From contig NC_002939.5 in the NCBI RefSeq assembly GCF_000007985.2, positions 1,530,001 through 1,562,000 on the forward strand: a DNA stretch of 32,000 nucleotides, in the 5' to 3' direction. The stretch comes from Geobacter sulfurreducens PCA (lineage in GTDB: Bacteria > Desulfobacterota > Desulfuromonadia > Geobacterales > Geobacteraceae). Shown in pieces: positions 17,083-24,446 of this stretch. The notes below the pieces were generated by a model. That model ran no database searches. It had not been told where the DNA came from and worked only from the letters and a program-made list of their open reading frames with translations. Every line of letters begins with the position of its first letter. The stretch's first letter is position 1. A program made the translations under genes and the position numbers.

Positions 17083-17328
17083 TCAGCCTGAGGTGCCATG
17101 ACGCCGGGCGCGGATAGCCGGGATAATGTCCAGCGGTTCCGGCATCCGGCCCCGTTCGAGGCGGGAGAAAATTATCTCTCCGTCCAGGTACACGGCAAAT
17201 TCGCTCCGCGGTGCCTGTTTGTCGAGTTCCACCGATACATTCTCCTCCGTCTGCTCGATCAAGCGGGCCAGACCGGCCGCAATGGGATACTGGCTTCAGG
17301 TGGGGCAGAACAGGATCCTGACGTTCAT
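17083..17328 (-). CDS. SelW/SelT/SelH (Rdx)-family selenoprotein, 81 aa, with in-frame UGA (Sec) at codon 11 (coordinates 17296-17298)
   Basis: My minus-strand translation is MNVRILFCPT-U-SQYPIAAGLARLIEQTEENVSVELDKQAPRSEFAVYLDGEIIFSRLERGRMPEPLDIIPAIRARRHGTSG. It has a CxxU redox motif at the position of CxxC/CxxU in Rdx proteins, plus the family-typical F.V.(L/V)DGE.I(F/W)SR...GR.PE block. The ATG overlaps the mrp stop (ATGA). A SECIS-like hairpin lies downstream of the UGA. The gene is not visible in the ORF track. Confidence 0.8.
17263..17280 (-). promoter_or_regulatory. Candidate bacterial SECIS element
   Basis: The mRNA sequence GCGGCC-GGUCU-GGC(C)CGC forms a 6-bp GC stem with one bulged C and a GGUCU apical loop. 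It starts 16 nt after the UGA, placing the loop about 22-26 nt downstream. Loop sequence and distance are comparable to the E. coli fdhF SECIS as I recall it. Confidence 0.6.
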
Positions 17329-18212
17329 TGTCCGCCCTCCCGTGCTGCGTTGACGGCGGTATCGCAACGGGCCGCGACGGTCGCCACAATTTCGGCAAAG
17401 GCCTTTGCCGTGGGGGAATCGGCCCGGTGTTCCACCAGGGGCTCCCCTTCGTCGCCGGCTCTGACCATGGCCGGGTCCAGCGGAATCCTGCCCAGGAAGG
17501 GCACGCTCATTTCATCGGCCATGAGCTTGCCGCCGCCGCTCTTGAAGATGTCGACCCCTTCGCCGCAGTGGGGGCAGACAAAGCCGCTCATGTTCTCGAC
17601 TACGCCGATGACCGGCAGCTTCATCTGACGGCAGAAGGTGACCGACTTGCGCACGTCGGTGAGCGCAACGTCCTGGGGAGTGGTGACGATGACGGCGCCC
17701 TCCGCCCCTTCCAGAAGCTGGATCACCGAGAGAGGCTCATCACCGGTCCCTGGCGGGCAGTCGACGATCAGGTAGTCCAGATTACCCCACTCCACGGCGG
17801 CCAGAAACTGCTTGATGACGCCGTGTTTGGCCGGTCCCCGCCAGACTACCGCCTCGGCCTGGTCGCGCAGCAGCAGCCCTACCGACATGACTTTGAGGGT
17901 GTCGCTGTAGGGAACCGGTTCGATCCGGGCGGCAGTTGCCGGAAGCCGGCCCTCAATGCCGAGAAGGGTCGGGATGCTTGGCCCGTGCAGATCGACATCC
18001 AGCAATCCCGTTTTCTTGCCGCTGAGCGAGAGGGCCACGGCCAAGTTGACCGCCACCGAGCTCTTGCCCACGCCCCCCTTGCCCGACAGCACCACGATCT
18101 TGTGCTTGATGTTGAAAAGGGCTTCCTGCAGTTCGATCTGCTCTTTGAGCCGGTGCAGCTCTTCCACCTGCTCCCTGTTGCATGATTTTTGCGCTACCTT
18201 TTCACCCTGCAT
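17325..18212 (-). CDS. mrp: Mrp/ApbC/NBP35-family P-loop ATPase (Fe-S cluster carrier)
   Basis: It has the deviant Walker A motif GKGGVGKSS, the CPHCGE (CxxC) cluster-bridging motif, and DYLIVDCPPGTGDE. ATG 18212 has GAGGTG 8 nt upstream. The ORF-track start is the GTG at 18221. Confidence 0.9.
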   Translation of the reverse strand: MQGEKVAQKSCNREQVEELHRLKEQIELQEALFNIKHKIVVLSGKGGVGKSSVAVNLAVALSLSGKKTGLLDVDLHGPSIPTLLGIEGRLPATAARIEPVPYSDTLKVMSVGLLLRDQAEAVVWRGPAKHGVIKQFLAAVEWGNLDYLIVDCPPGTGDEPLSVIQLLEGAEGAVIVTTPQDVALTDVRKSVTFCRQMKLPVIGVVENMSGFVCPHCGEGVDIFKSGGGKLMADEMSVPFLGRIPLDPAMVRAGDEGEPLVEHRADSPTAKAFAEIVATVAARCDTAVNAAREGGQ

Positions 18213-18278
18213 GCTGTTCACCTCGTATTTCCTGTCGAATTTCGCCGGATATGTTTTGTCGCCATCCCACCACGAGAC

Positions 18279-18674
18279 TCATAAGGGCTTCGTCTCACCC
18301 GCCACTGTTGCACGGTATTGCTCGACCGCCGCGTGGAGCGCCGAAGCCGCCATGTTCGAGCAGTGCATCTTCTCTTCGGGGAGCCCGTCAAGGGCCTGGG
18401 CGATGATCTGATCGGAGAGCCCCATGACCTCGTCGAGCCCCTTGCCCATGACAAGCTCCGTTGCCACTGACGATGTGGCGATGGCCGCACCACATCCCTT
18501 GATGAGAAATTTGATGTCGCGCACGATATCCTCTTCGATCCTGAGGAAGTAGAGCACCGCATCGCCACAGGTGGGGTCGCCTGCCTGTACCACCACGTTG
18601 GCATCCTCCAGTGACCCCACATTGCGCGGGTTGCGCACGTGATCCCATACCTTCGCCGAATAAATCTCAGCCAT
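18279..18674 (-). CDS. IscU/NifU N-terminal-domain-like Fe-S scaffold protein
   Basis: Three conserved Cys sit in typical contexts (GDPTCGD, KGCGAAIATSS, MHCSNMAA). ATG 18674 has the SD AAAGGAA and overlaps the upstream gene by 8 nt. Confidence 0.85.
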   Translation of the reverse strand: MAEIYSAKVWDHVRNPRNVGSLEDANVVVQAGDPTCGDAVLYFLRIEEDIVRDIKFLIKGCGAAIATSSVATELVMGKGLDEVMGLSDQIIAQALDGLPEEKMHCSNMAASALHAAVEQYRATVAGETKPL

Positions 18675-19023
18675 GTTCGGTTCCTTTCCGTTCCCCGGTC
18701 TCGGCGTTGTCATCCGATACGCCGTGTTCGGGCACATCCCCGGTCACGGCCAGGGCTTTCTGCTCCACAAGGGCTTCGATCACCTTTTTCCTTCCCTCGG
18801 CCAGTAGCCGCTGGACCGTTCCCCGGGAAACCCCCATCAGCGTTCCCGCTTCCTCCTGGTTCAGCCCCAGCTTGTCGCAGAGAAACAGCGCCTCAAGCTC
18901 ATCGTGATCCAGGATGATGATCTCCATCTCCTTCAGCGGAGTGCCCGCGGGCTTGAAGACGTGTCCCAGCTTCTCCCGGAGGGGGCAGATGCAGTTGCGT
19001 TGTTTTTTCTTGCGTGGCGACAT
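18667..19023 (-). CDS. DUF134/UPF0251-family putative DNA-binding protein (sigma70 region-4-like HTH)
   Basis: The N-terminus is MSPRKKKQRNCICP...FKPAG. The protein also contains DELEALFLCD and an HTH segment (LNQEEAGTLMGVSRGTVQRLLAEGRKKV). The SD AAAGGAA lies upstream. Confidence 0.8.
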   Translation of the reverse strand: MSPRKKKQRNCICPLREKLGHVFKPAGTPLKEMEIIILDHDELEALFLCDKLGLNQEEAGTLMGVSRGTVQRLLAEGRKKVIEALVEQKALAVTGDVPEHGVSDDNAETGERKGTEHG

Positions 19024-19043
19024 GGGTTCCTTTCATCGGGTGG

Positions 19044-20039
19044 TCAGTTCCGCCTCGGTGCGGGACAGGACGGCGCTGGTGCCTCACCGAAGAGCGTGCC
19101 GGTAAATTTTACGTACCAGGCGGCTGACTGCACCTGGATGATGTAGGCCAGGGCAATGACCAGCGCCGCGTCGGAACCGGCCTTGCCGAAGGCGTTCATG
19201 GCCACGGCCAGGGCAATGGAGAGGTTGCGCATCACCGTGCCGTAGGCCAGGGCGATAGCATCGCCCCGGGGAAGGAAAAGCCTGCCCACAACGGTGCTGA
19301 GGCTATAGTTGATGCCGTAGAGAATGGCCAGGGGCAGCAGGATTGCCAGCAGATCCTGGGGGCGGGCCGCGATGGCCTGTGCCTTGAGGGCTATGGCGAT
19401 GAAAACGATGCCCAGGACGCCCAGGGTGGAGAGGCAGGGGAAGCGGGGCGCCCACTGTTCCTGGAATCCTTTCTGGCCGTGCTTCGCTATCAGATAGCGC
19501 TGGGTCGCATACCCGACCGCCATGGGCAGGAAAACGATGACGGCGATTTGCTTCATGATGCCGGTCATATCCACCTCCACATGGGCGCCCATGAGGGCTT
19601 GCACGTAGAAGGGGGTTGCGATCGAGCCCAGGATGAGGCCCACGACGGTCATCTTGACTGCCGCTTCGAGGTTCCCCCTGGCAAAGCCGGTCCAGGAGAT
19701 GGTCATGCCGCTGGTGGGGACCAGGGCCGCAAGCAGCAGGCCCAGGGCCATGTAGGGGCGGTCAGCAAAGAAAAGCCTTCCCAGCCCGAAGGCGACAAAG
19801 GGCACCACCGCGAAGTTGATGAACTGGGTGAACAGCTGGGCCTTGCCGTCACCTCCCTCCAGTACCTTCTTCAGCTTAAGGGTCACCATCATGGGGTAGA
19901 CCATGAGAAAGGTGAAGGGGATGATCAGCTCCTTGAGAAAGCCGGTCTCAGTCACGAGACCGAAGACGAAGCCCGCGGCCATCATGGCGGGAATGGTCAG
20001 CACCAGGTTCTTGTTGAGTCTGCTCAGCAGTTGCCACAT
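19044..20039 (-). CDS. ACR3/BASS-superfamily permease (arsenite-efflux-like / bile acid:Na+ symporter fold)
   Basis: The 331-aa protein has about 10 predicted TM helices. The LMVYPMMVTLKLKKV and NFAVVPFVAFGLG blocks resemble ACR3 family motifs. Substrate assignment is uncertain. Confidence 0.7.
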   Translation of the reverse strand: MWQLLSRLNKNLVLTIPAMMAAGFVFGLVTETGFLKELIIPFTFLMVYPMMVTLKLKKVLEGGDGKAQLFTQFINFAVVPFVAFGLGRLFFADRPYMALGLLLAALVPTSGMTISWTGFARGNLEAAVKMTVVGLILGSIATPFYVQALMGAHVEVDMTGIMKQIAVIVFLPMAVGYATQRYLIAKHGQKGFQEQWAPRFPCLSTLGVLGIVFIAIALKAQAIAARPQDLLAILLPLAILYGINYSLSTVVGRLFLPRGDAIALAYGTVMRNLSIALAVAMNAFGKAGSDAALVIALAYIIQVQSAAWYVKFTGTLFGEAPAPSCPAPRRN

Positions 20040-20061
20040 AGCCTTGGCCCTCTGCGCGCGC

Positions 20062-20472
20062 TCAGCGCGCCTCCTCGATCATGGCCACGATGGCATCGAA
20101 GCTCTCATCCAGGGATGAGGCGAACTCGGTGTCGTCCACCAGGGCCTCGATCATGGGCCTGCGGTAGCGGAGCATCCGGACCTCAGTCCTGCCGTCGCGG
20201 GTGAACGTGGTGATGAATTTCGGCATGAGAGCGGCCCGTTCCGGGTTTTTCTGAAGGCTTGCGGCCGCCTTTTTCGGCTTGCAGACCTGGATCATATGGA
20301 GATCGAACCCTTCGCCAACCATTACGCCATGGGCACCGAAGGTATGCGCCATTTCCATCTTTTCCTCATTGTGAATGACGAACCCTCGCCGGCTGCCGGC
20401 CTTGGCCAGCGCCGCGACGAACTCGCCGAGGGGTTTGTCCGTTGTAGCCTGATACAGTTCCGCCCAGTTCAT
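20062..20472 (-). CDS. DUF302 domain protein
   Basis: The internal ATG at 20472 has the SD AGGAGAG at 7 nt. The sequence pattern (GFVIHNEE...HMIQVCKPKKAA...LMPKFITTF) is typical of DUF302. The upstream 58 aa of the ORF-track call overlap the preceding gene. Confidence 0.75.
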   Translation of the reverse strand: MNWAELYQATTDKPLGEFVAALAKAGSRRGFVIHNEEKMEMAHTFGAHGVMVGEGFDLHMIQVCKPKKAAASLQKNPERAALMPKFITTFTRDGRTEVRMLRYRRPMIEALVDDTEFASSLDESFDAIVAMIEEAR

Positions 20473-20488
20473 GATCGATCTCTCCTGT

Positions 20489-20866
20489 TCAGTGAGCGCA
20501 GCCGTGGCCATGGCCGTGACCCCCGCAGGTGGGTGGCACGATTTCCTGGAAGGCGCCGCTTCTGAACAAGGCAACGTTTTCCCCCACCGTGGGCGCCTGT
20601 GAGCTGAACACTTTGACCTGCGCGCGGTTGAGCATGATGAGTGCACCGGCGCCGATCCCTCCGACCACGACCGCGTCGAGCGGCGCTCCTGCCAAGGCCT
20701 TCAGCGGGTTGCACGATCCGTGGCTGTGGTGTTTGTCGGTGTTGTCAATGGAGACCGTTGCCCCGGTCTCAGTGTCCACTACGATAAAGCGCTGTGCGGA
20801 TCCAAAGTGCTCATACACCTTGCTGTCGAGTCCATCGTCCGATGTCACGGGAAAGCAGAGTTTCAT
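20489..20866 (-). CDS. NifX/NifB-C-terminal-like (dinitrogenase FeMo-cofactor-binding fold) protein with a Cys/His-rich C-terminal tail
   Basis: MKLCFPVTSDDGLDSKVYEHFGSAQRFIVVD...VVVGGIGAGA is typical of the Nitro_FeMo-Co domain family. The tail is PPTCGGHGHGHGCAH. ATG 20866 has the SD AAGGAGG at 6 nt. Confidence 0.8.
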   Translation of the reverse strand: MKLCFPVTSDDGLDSKVYEHFGSAQRFIVVDTETGATVSIDNTDKHHSHGSCNPLKALAGAPLDAVVVGGIGAGALIMLNRAQVKVFSSQAPTVGENVALFRSGAFQEIVPPTCGGHGHGHGCAH

Positions 20867-20883
20867 ACGTGCCTCCTTTTGTT

Positions 20884-20926
20884 GTGTGCATATGCACACT
20901 ATTGCATTCGATTTCTTGAATGTCAA
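20884..20926 (-). promoter_or_regulatory. Putative sigma70 promoter plus palindromic operator for the NifX-like...SelW operon
   Basis: On the minus strand: TTGACA (20921-20926), a 17-nt spacer, AATAGT (20898-20903), then the perfect 16-bp palindrome GTGTGCATATGCACAC (20884-20899). The palindrome overlaps the -10 and predicted TSS and ends 17 nt before the ATG. Confidence 0.5.
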
Positions 20927-21052
20927 TAGCTTTGTGTACAAATTAATTTTGAGTAGAAAACGGCGTCAGTGGAACCAGTAAACAGGTTGCGATGGGGCAG
21001 GACTGGTCGGCAGGGTTGAAAGGGAGGAAAAGGCAAAAAGTTGGCACTTGCA

Positions 21053-21081
21053 TGGGCATCCTCATATTTATCACGTATAAT
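21053..21081 (+). promoter_or_regulatory. Putative sigma70 promoter for the hybrid histidine kinase gene
   Basis: TGGGCA, a 17-nt spacer, then a perfect TATAAT (21076-21081), 43 nt upstream of ATG 21124. This is a pattern match only. Confidence 0.35.
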
Positions 21082-21123
21082 TCGATGAAAAGGTAGTCTT
21101 GCCGGCTGAGTCCGAGAAGAACA

Positions 21124-23781
21124 ATGACGCAAGATATCATTCTGAGACAGGCCCATATCGAGGCGTTTGAAGACCTTCCGGTGCAGGTCGCCGTGTGCGA
21201 TACCGAGTACGGGATCGTCTGGGCGAACAAGGCGTACCGGGAGGCCGTGGAGCTTTCCTTACGGGCACTCGTGGGCAGGAAGTGCTATTCCGTACGGGGG
21301 ATGGGCGTTCCGTGCCGCAACTGCCCGGCGGCTATCGCCGTGGAGGCCGGCACGCCTTCTGACGCGGAGTTGATCCAGCCCCGTCCGGAACACTGCCCGG
21401 GACCGCCGGGGACGTGGCTGACAACGGCTTCGCCGCTACGGGATGACAACGGTGCCGTTGTCGGCGTAGTGGTGCTGACGTTTAATGGAGTGCAGACCGG
21501 GGCTTCAGACGAGCGGCTGCGTCTGTTCACGGAGCATGCGCCTGCCGCCCTTGCCATGTTCGACCGGGAGATGCGGTATCTTGCCGTGAGCCGGCGCTGG
21601 CGCGAAGACTACGGTCTTGGAGACGGCGATATTCTCGGCATGTCTCACTATGATATCTTCCCGGAAATCGGAGAAGAGTGGAAGTCCGTGCATCGCCGCG
21701 GCCTCGCGGGGGAAGTTATCCGCGTCGAAGAGGATTGCTTCGTGCGGGCTGACGGCCGAACTCAGTGGCTGCGATGGGAAGTGCGTCCCTGGTACGAGGG
21801 GGAAGGCCGAGTGGGGGGCGTCGTCATTTTTACCGAAGACATCACCAGAGCCAAGGTGTCCGAACGCGAATTGCGTCTGGCGCGGTTCTGCATGGACGAA
21901 TCGGCCATTGCCATCTTTTCGGTGGCCGAGAATGGCCGCATTATCGATGCGAACCGTCGAGCCTGCGAGGGGCTCGGCTATTCACGGGACGAGCTCTGCT
22001 CCCTGACGGTCTTCGATATTGACCCGACGTTCAGCGATGATAGTTGGCTCAGGCACCGGGCGAACATCCGCGAGCGCGGCTCCGGTACCATAGAAACCCT
22101 CCACCGGCGCAAGGACGGTAGCGTTTTCCCGGTCGAGATCACTGTCACCTATCTCGATTTCGAAGGAGAACGGTTCTCTTTCTCCTTTGCCCATGACATC
22201 ACCGAGCGTAAGCAGGCCGAGGCTGCCGTGCGGGAGAGCGAGGAAAAATTCCGGAACATTTTCCAGGATCATGCCGCGGCAAAGCTGATCATTGACCCAG
22301 AAAGCGGCGCCATCGTCGATGCCAACAATGCTGCAGCGCTCTTTTACGGCTGGTCTGTGGCCGAACTGTGCGGCATGAAGATTTCCAAAATCAACACCCT
22401 TCCTTTCTCGCAGGTGAAAGAAGAGATGGACAAAGCCCGGAATTCCGGGAATACGCGGTTCGAATTCCAGCATCGAAAGGCTGACGGCAGCATTGTCGAT
22501 GTCGAGGTCTACAGCAGCAAAGTCCGCATCGGAGGCAAGGAGTACCTGCATTCGATCATTCACGACATCACCGAAAAACGCAAGCTGGGAGACCAGCTCC
22601 GGCAGGCCCAGAAGATGGAGTCAATCGGTACCTTCGCGGGAGGTGTCGCTCACGATTTCAACAACATCCTTACGGTTATCACGGGGTGCGGTTCAATGCT
22701 GCGACTGAAGCTTGAGCAGCACCCCCAGTTCCTGCCCCTGCTCGATCAGATCCTCAAATCATCTGAAAAAGCGGCAACCTTGACGCGAAGCCTCCTGGCA
22801 TTCAGCCGCAAACAGGTCATCGTACCGAAACAGCATGATTTGGCGGAAATTGTTGCGGATATGGAGAAATTCCTCCAACGGATCATCGGAGAAGATATCG
22901 ATTTGAAATTCTCCCTGCCGAGCTACGGATTGCCGGTTTCCGTGGACCAGGGCCAGATTGAGCAGGTCATCGTCAATCTGGCGGCCAACGCTCGCGATGC
23001 CATGACGGAAGGTGGGATGCTGGCCATAGGCGCGGACATGGTGCGGCTCGACACGATTTCAGCGTCCCTCCACGGCTGCCGTCCGGGAGACTATGCCCTG
23101 CTTACCGTTACCGACAGTGGGATCGGCATGGATGACGCAACAAAGGAGAAAATTTTCGATCCCTTCTTCACAACCAAGCCGGTCGGCAAGGGGACGGGCC
23201 TCGGTCTGGCCATGGTTTACGGCATCATCAAGCAGCACGATGGGGTGATTACGGTTTATACCGAGGTGGGAAGGGGTACCACATTCCGGATTTATCTTCC
23301 CCTGGCAGCCGGTGCGCGGGAGCATGCCGATGCGACGCCGGTTTTCCCGGGGGGAAACGAAACCATTATGCTCGTGGAGGATGATGAATCCGTGCGAACC
23401 ACCACGGCGGATATTCTGACAATGTTCGGCTACCGTGTTGTGACCGCGGGGGACGGGGCAGAGGCCATCGAACGGTATCGTGCGACCGGAGAGGATATAG
23501 CCTTGGTGATTCTTGACGTCATCATGCCGCGGATGAATGGCCGCCAGGTCCATGACGAGCTCCTAAAGATCAACCCGGCTGTGAAGGTCGTCTATACGAG
23601 CGGCTACACTGCCGATCTGATCGAGAACAAAGGAGTTCTCGACGCCGGTATCCAATTCGTTCCCAAACCGCTCCTCCCCCAGGACATTCTCACGGCAATC
23701 CGTCGGGTGCTGGATGGCCGTGAGGTGCTGCCAAGCCTGCATCATGAGCATGAGCCGGCCGAGGTAGAACCTCAGTCGTAG
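21124..23781 (+). CDS. Multi-PAS hybrid sensor histidine kinase with a C-terminal receiver domain
   Basis: There are at least four PAS/PAC-like repeats. It has the H-box ([14 protein letters not shown]), N/G boxes ([30 protein letters not shown]) and a receiver ([11 protein letters not shown]...[10 protein letters not shown]...KPL). Confidence 0.92.
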   Translation: MTQDIILRQAHIEAFEDLPVQVAVCDTEYGIVWANKAYREAVELSLRALVGRKCYSVRGMGVPCRNCPAAIAVEAGTPSDAELIQPRPEHCPGPPGTWLTTASPLRDDNGAVVGVVVLTFNGVQTGASDERLRLFTEHAPAALAMFDREMRYLAVSRRWREDYGLGDGDILGMSHYDIFPEIGEEWKSVHRRGLAGEVIRVEEDCFVRADGRTQWLRWEVRPWYEGEGRVGGVVIFTEDITRAKVSERELRLARFCMDESAIAIFSVAENGRIIDANRRACEGLGYSRDELCSLTVFDIDPTFSDDSWLRHRANIRERGSGTIETLHRRKDGSVFPVEITVTYLDFEGERFSFSFAHDITERKQAEAAVRESEEKFRNIFQDHAAAKLIIDPESGAIVDANNAAALFYGWSVAELCGMKISKINTLPFSQVKEEMDKARNSGNTRFEFQHRKADGSIVDVEVYSSKVRIGGKEYLHSIIHDITEKRKLGDQLRQAQKMESIGTFAGGVAHDFNNILTVITGCGSMLRLKLEQHPQFLPLLDQILKSSEKAATLTRSLLAFSRKQVIVPKQHDLAEIVADMEKFLQRIIGEDIDLKFSLPSYGLPVSVDQGQIEQVIVNLAANARDAMTEGGMLAIGADMVRLDTISASLHGCRPGDYALLTVTDSGIGMDDATKEKIFDPFFTTKPVGKGTGLGLAMVYGIIKQHDGVITVYTEVGRGTTFRIYLPLAAGAREHADATPVFPGGNETIMLVEDDESVRTTTADILTMFGYRVVTAGDGAEAIERYRATGEDIALVILDVIMPRMNGRQVHDELLKINPAVKVVYTSGYTADLIENKGVLDAGIQFVPKPLLPQDILTAIRRVLDGREVLPSLHHEHEPAEVEPQS

Positions 23782-23818
23782 TGCCCCGCGACCTGAGTTC
23801 TACGGAAACACTCTTCGA

Positions 23819-23846
23819 TTGAACAAACAAAAAAACGAATTATAGT
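23819..23846 (+). promoter_or_regulatory. Putative sigma70 promoter upstream of the single-domain response regulator
   Basis: TTGAAC (23819-23824), a 16-nt A-rich spacer, then TATAGT (23841-23846). This implies a 5' leader of about 155 nt. Confidence 0.35.
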
Positions 23847-24007
23847 TAAGGTTGTGTCCCGTGCGGCCGGCACTAACCGTACTTCCGGTGCCGGTCCCGT
23901 CTGTGCCGATGGTGCTATGCCCGCTCCATGGAATTTCTGAGCGGCACAATCCACTCGGGGCGTGAGCGGCCTGATGGACTCTCATCTTATGTTAGCGGAG
24001 TGAACTG

Positions 24008-24403
24008 ATGCAAAACGACCAGTGTCGCGGCAGGGTCCTGGTGATGGACGATGACGAAGATATCAGGATGATCGCGGGCTTTTACCTTGAACGGTGTGGG
24101 TTTTCCGCCGACTTTGCCGAAGACGGCAAACAGGCCGTGGAACTGTACGGCACCGCCCTTTCGCAGGGCAGGCGTTATGCGGCGGTGATCATGGATTTAT
24201 CCGTCCCCGGCCGAATGGGGGGGCTTGAAGCCATTGCCCGGATCACGGAAGTCGATCCGAATCTGATAGCCTTCATATCGAGCGGCAGCACGGAATTCCT
24301 CGATCAGGTGGAGATGGAACGTCTCAGCATTCGGGGAATACTGCCGAAACCGTTCAGGGAAAATGACATCTCACAGCTGATCGAGGCCATCGGGACACCA
24401 TGA
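24008..24403 (+). CDS. Single-domain response regulator (receiver only)
   Basis: It has VLVMDDDEDIR, a phospho-acceptor context (VIMDLSVPGRMGG) and KPF. The SD GGAG lies 9 nt upstream. Confidence 0.88.
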   Translation: MQNDQCRGRVLVMDDDEDIRMIAGFYLERCGFSADFAEDGKQAVELYGTALSQGRRYAAVIMDLSVPGRMGGLEAIARITEVDPNLIAFISSGSTEFLDQVEMERLSIRGILPKPFRENDISQLIEAIGTP

Positions 24404-24446
24404 ATTACTGCGCAGAATCACGCCAATCATACGAAAGAAGGTCTCT

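Noticed and set aside
17072-17398. This is the N-terminal two-thirds of the 192-aa ORF-track call 16820..17398.
   Set aside because: The frame is Arg/Gly/Pro-rich with no start context, and it overlaps the end of mrp. The region is better explained by the SelW-like gene in another frame, plus an 83-aa ORF starting at 17071 with its own SD.
21042-21058. A sigma54-like element, TGGCAC-TTGCA-TGGGCA, lies upstream of the hybrid kinase gene.
   Set aside because: The GG-to-GC spacing is off by one (13 instead of 12 nt) for the distal GC and far too short for the proximal TTGCA. Sigma54 promoters are strict about spacing. A sigma70 reading (TGGGCA, 17 nt, TATAAT) fits better.
23847-24007. The roughly 155-nt leader upstream of the stand-alone receiver gene could have been a riboswitch, for example a c-di-GMP GEMM element.
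   Set aside because: I found no GEMM-like conserved blocks or other riboswitch core that I recognise. There is only a modest hairpin (CCGGCAC...GTGCCGG). This is insufficient evidence without a covariance-model search.
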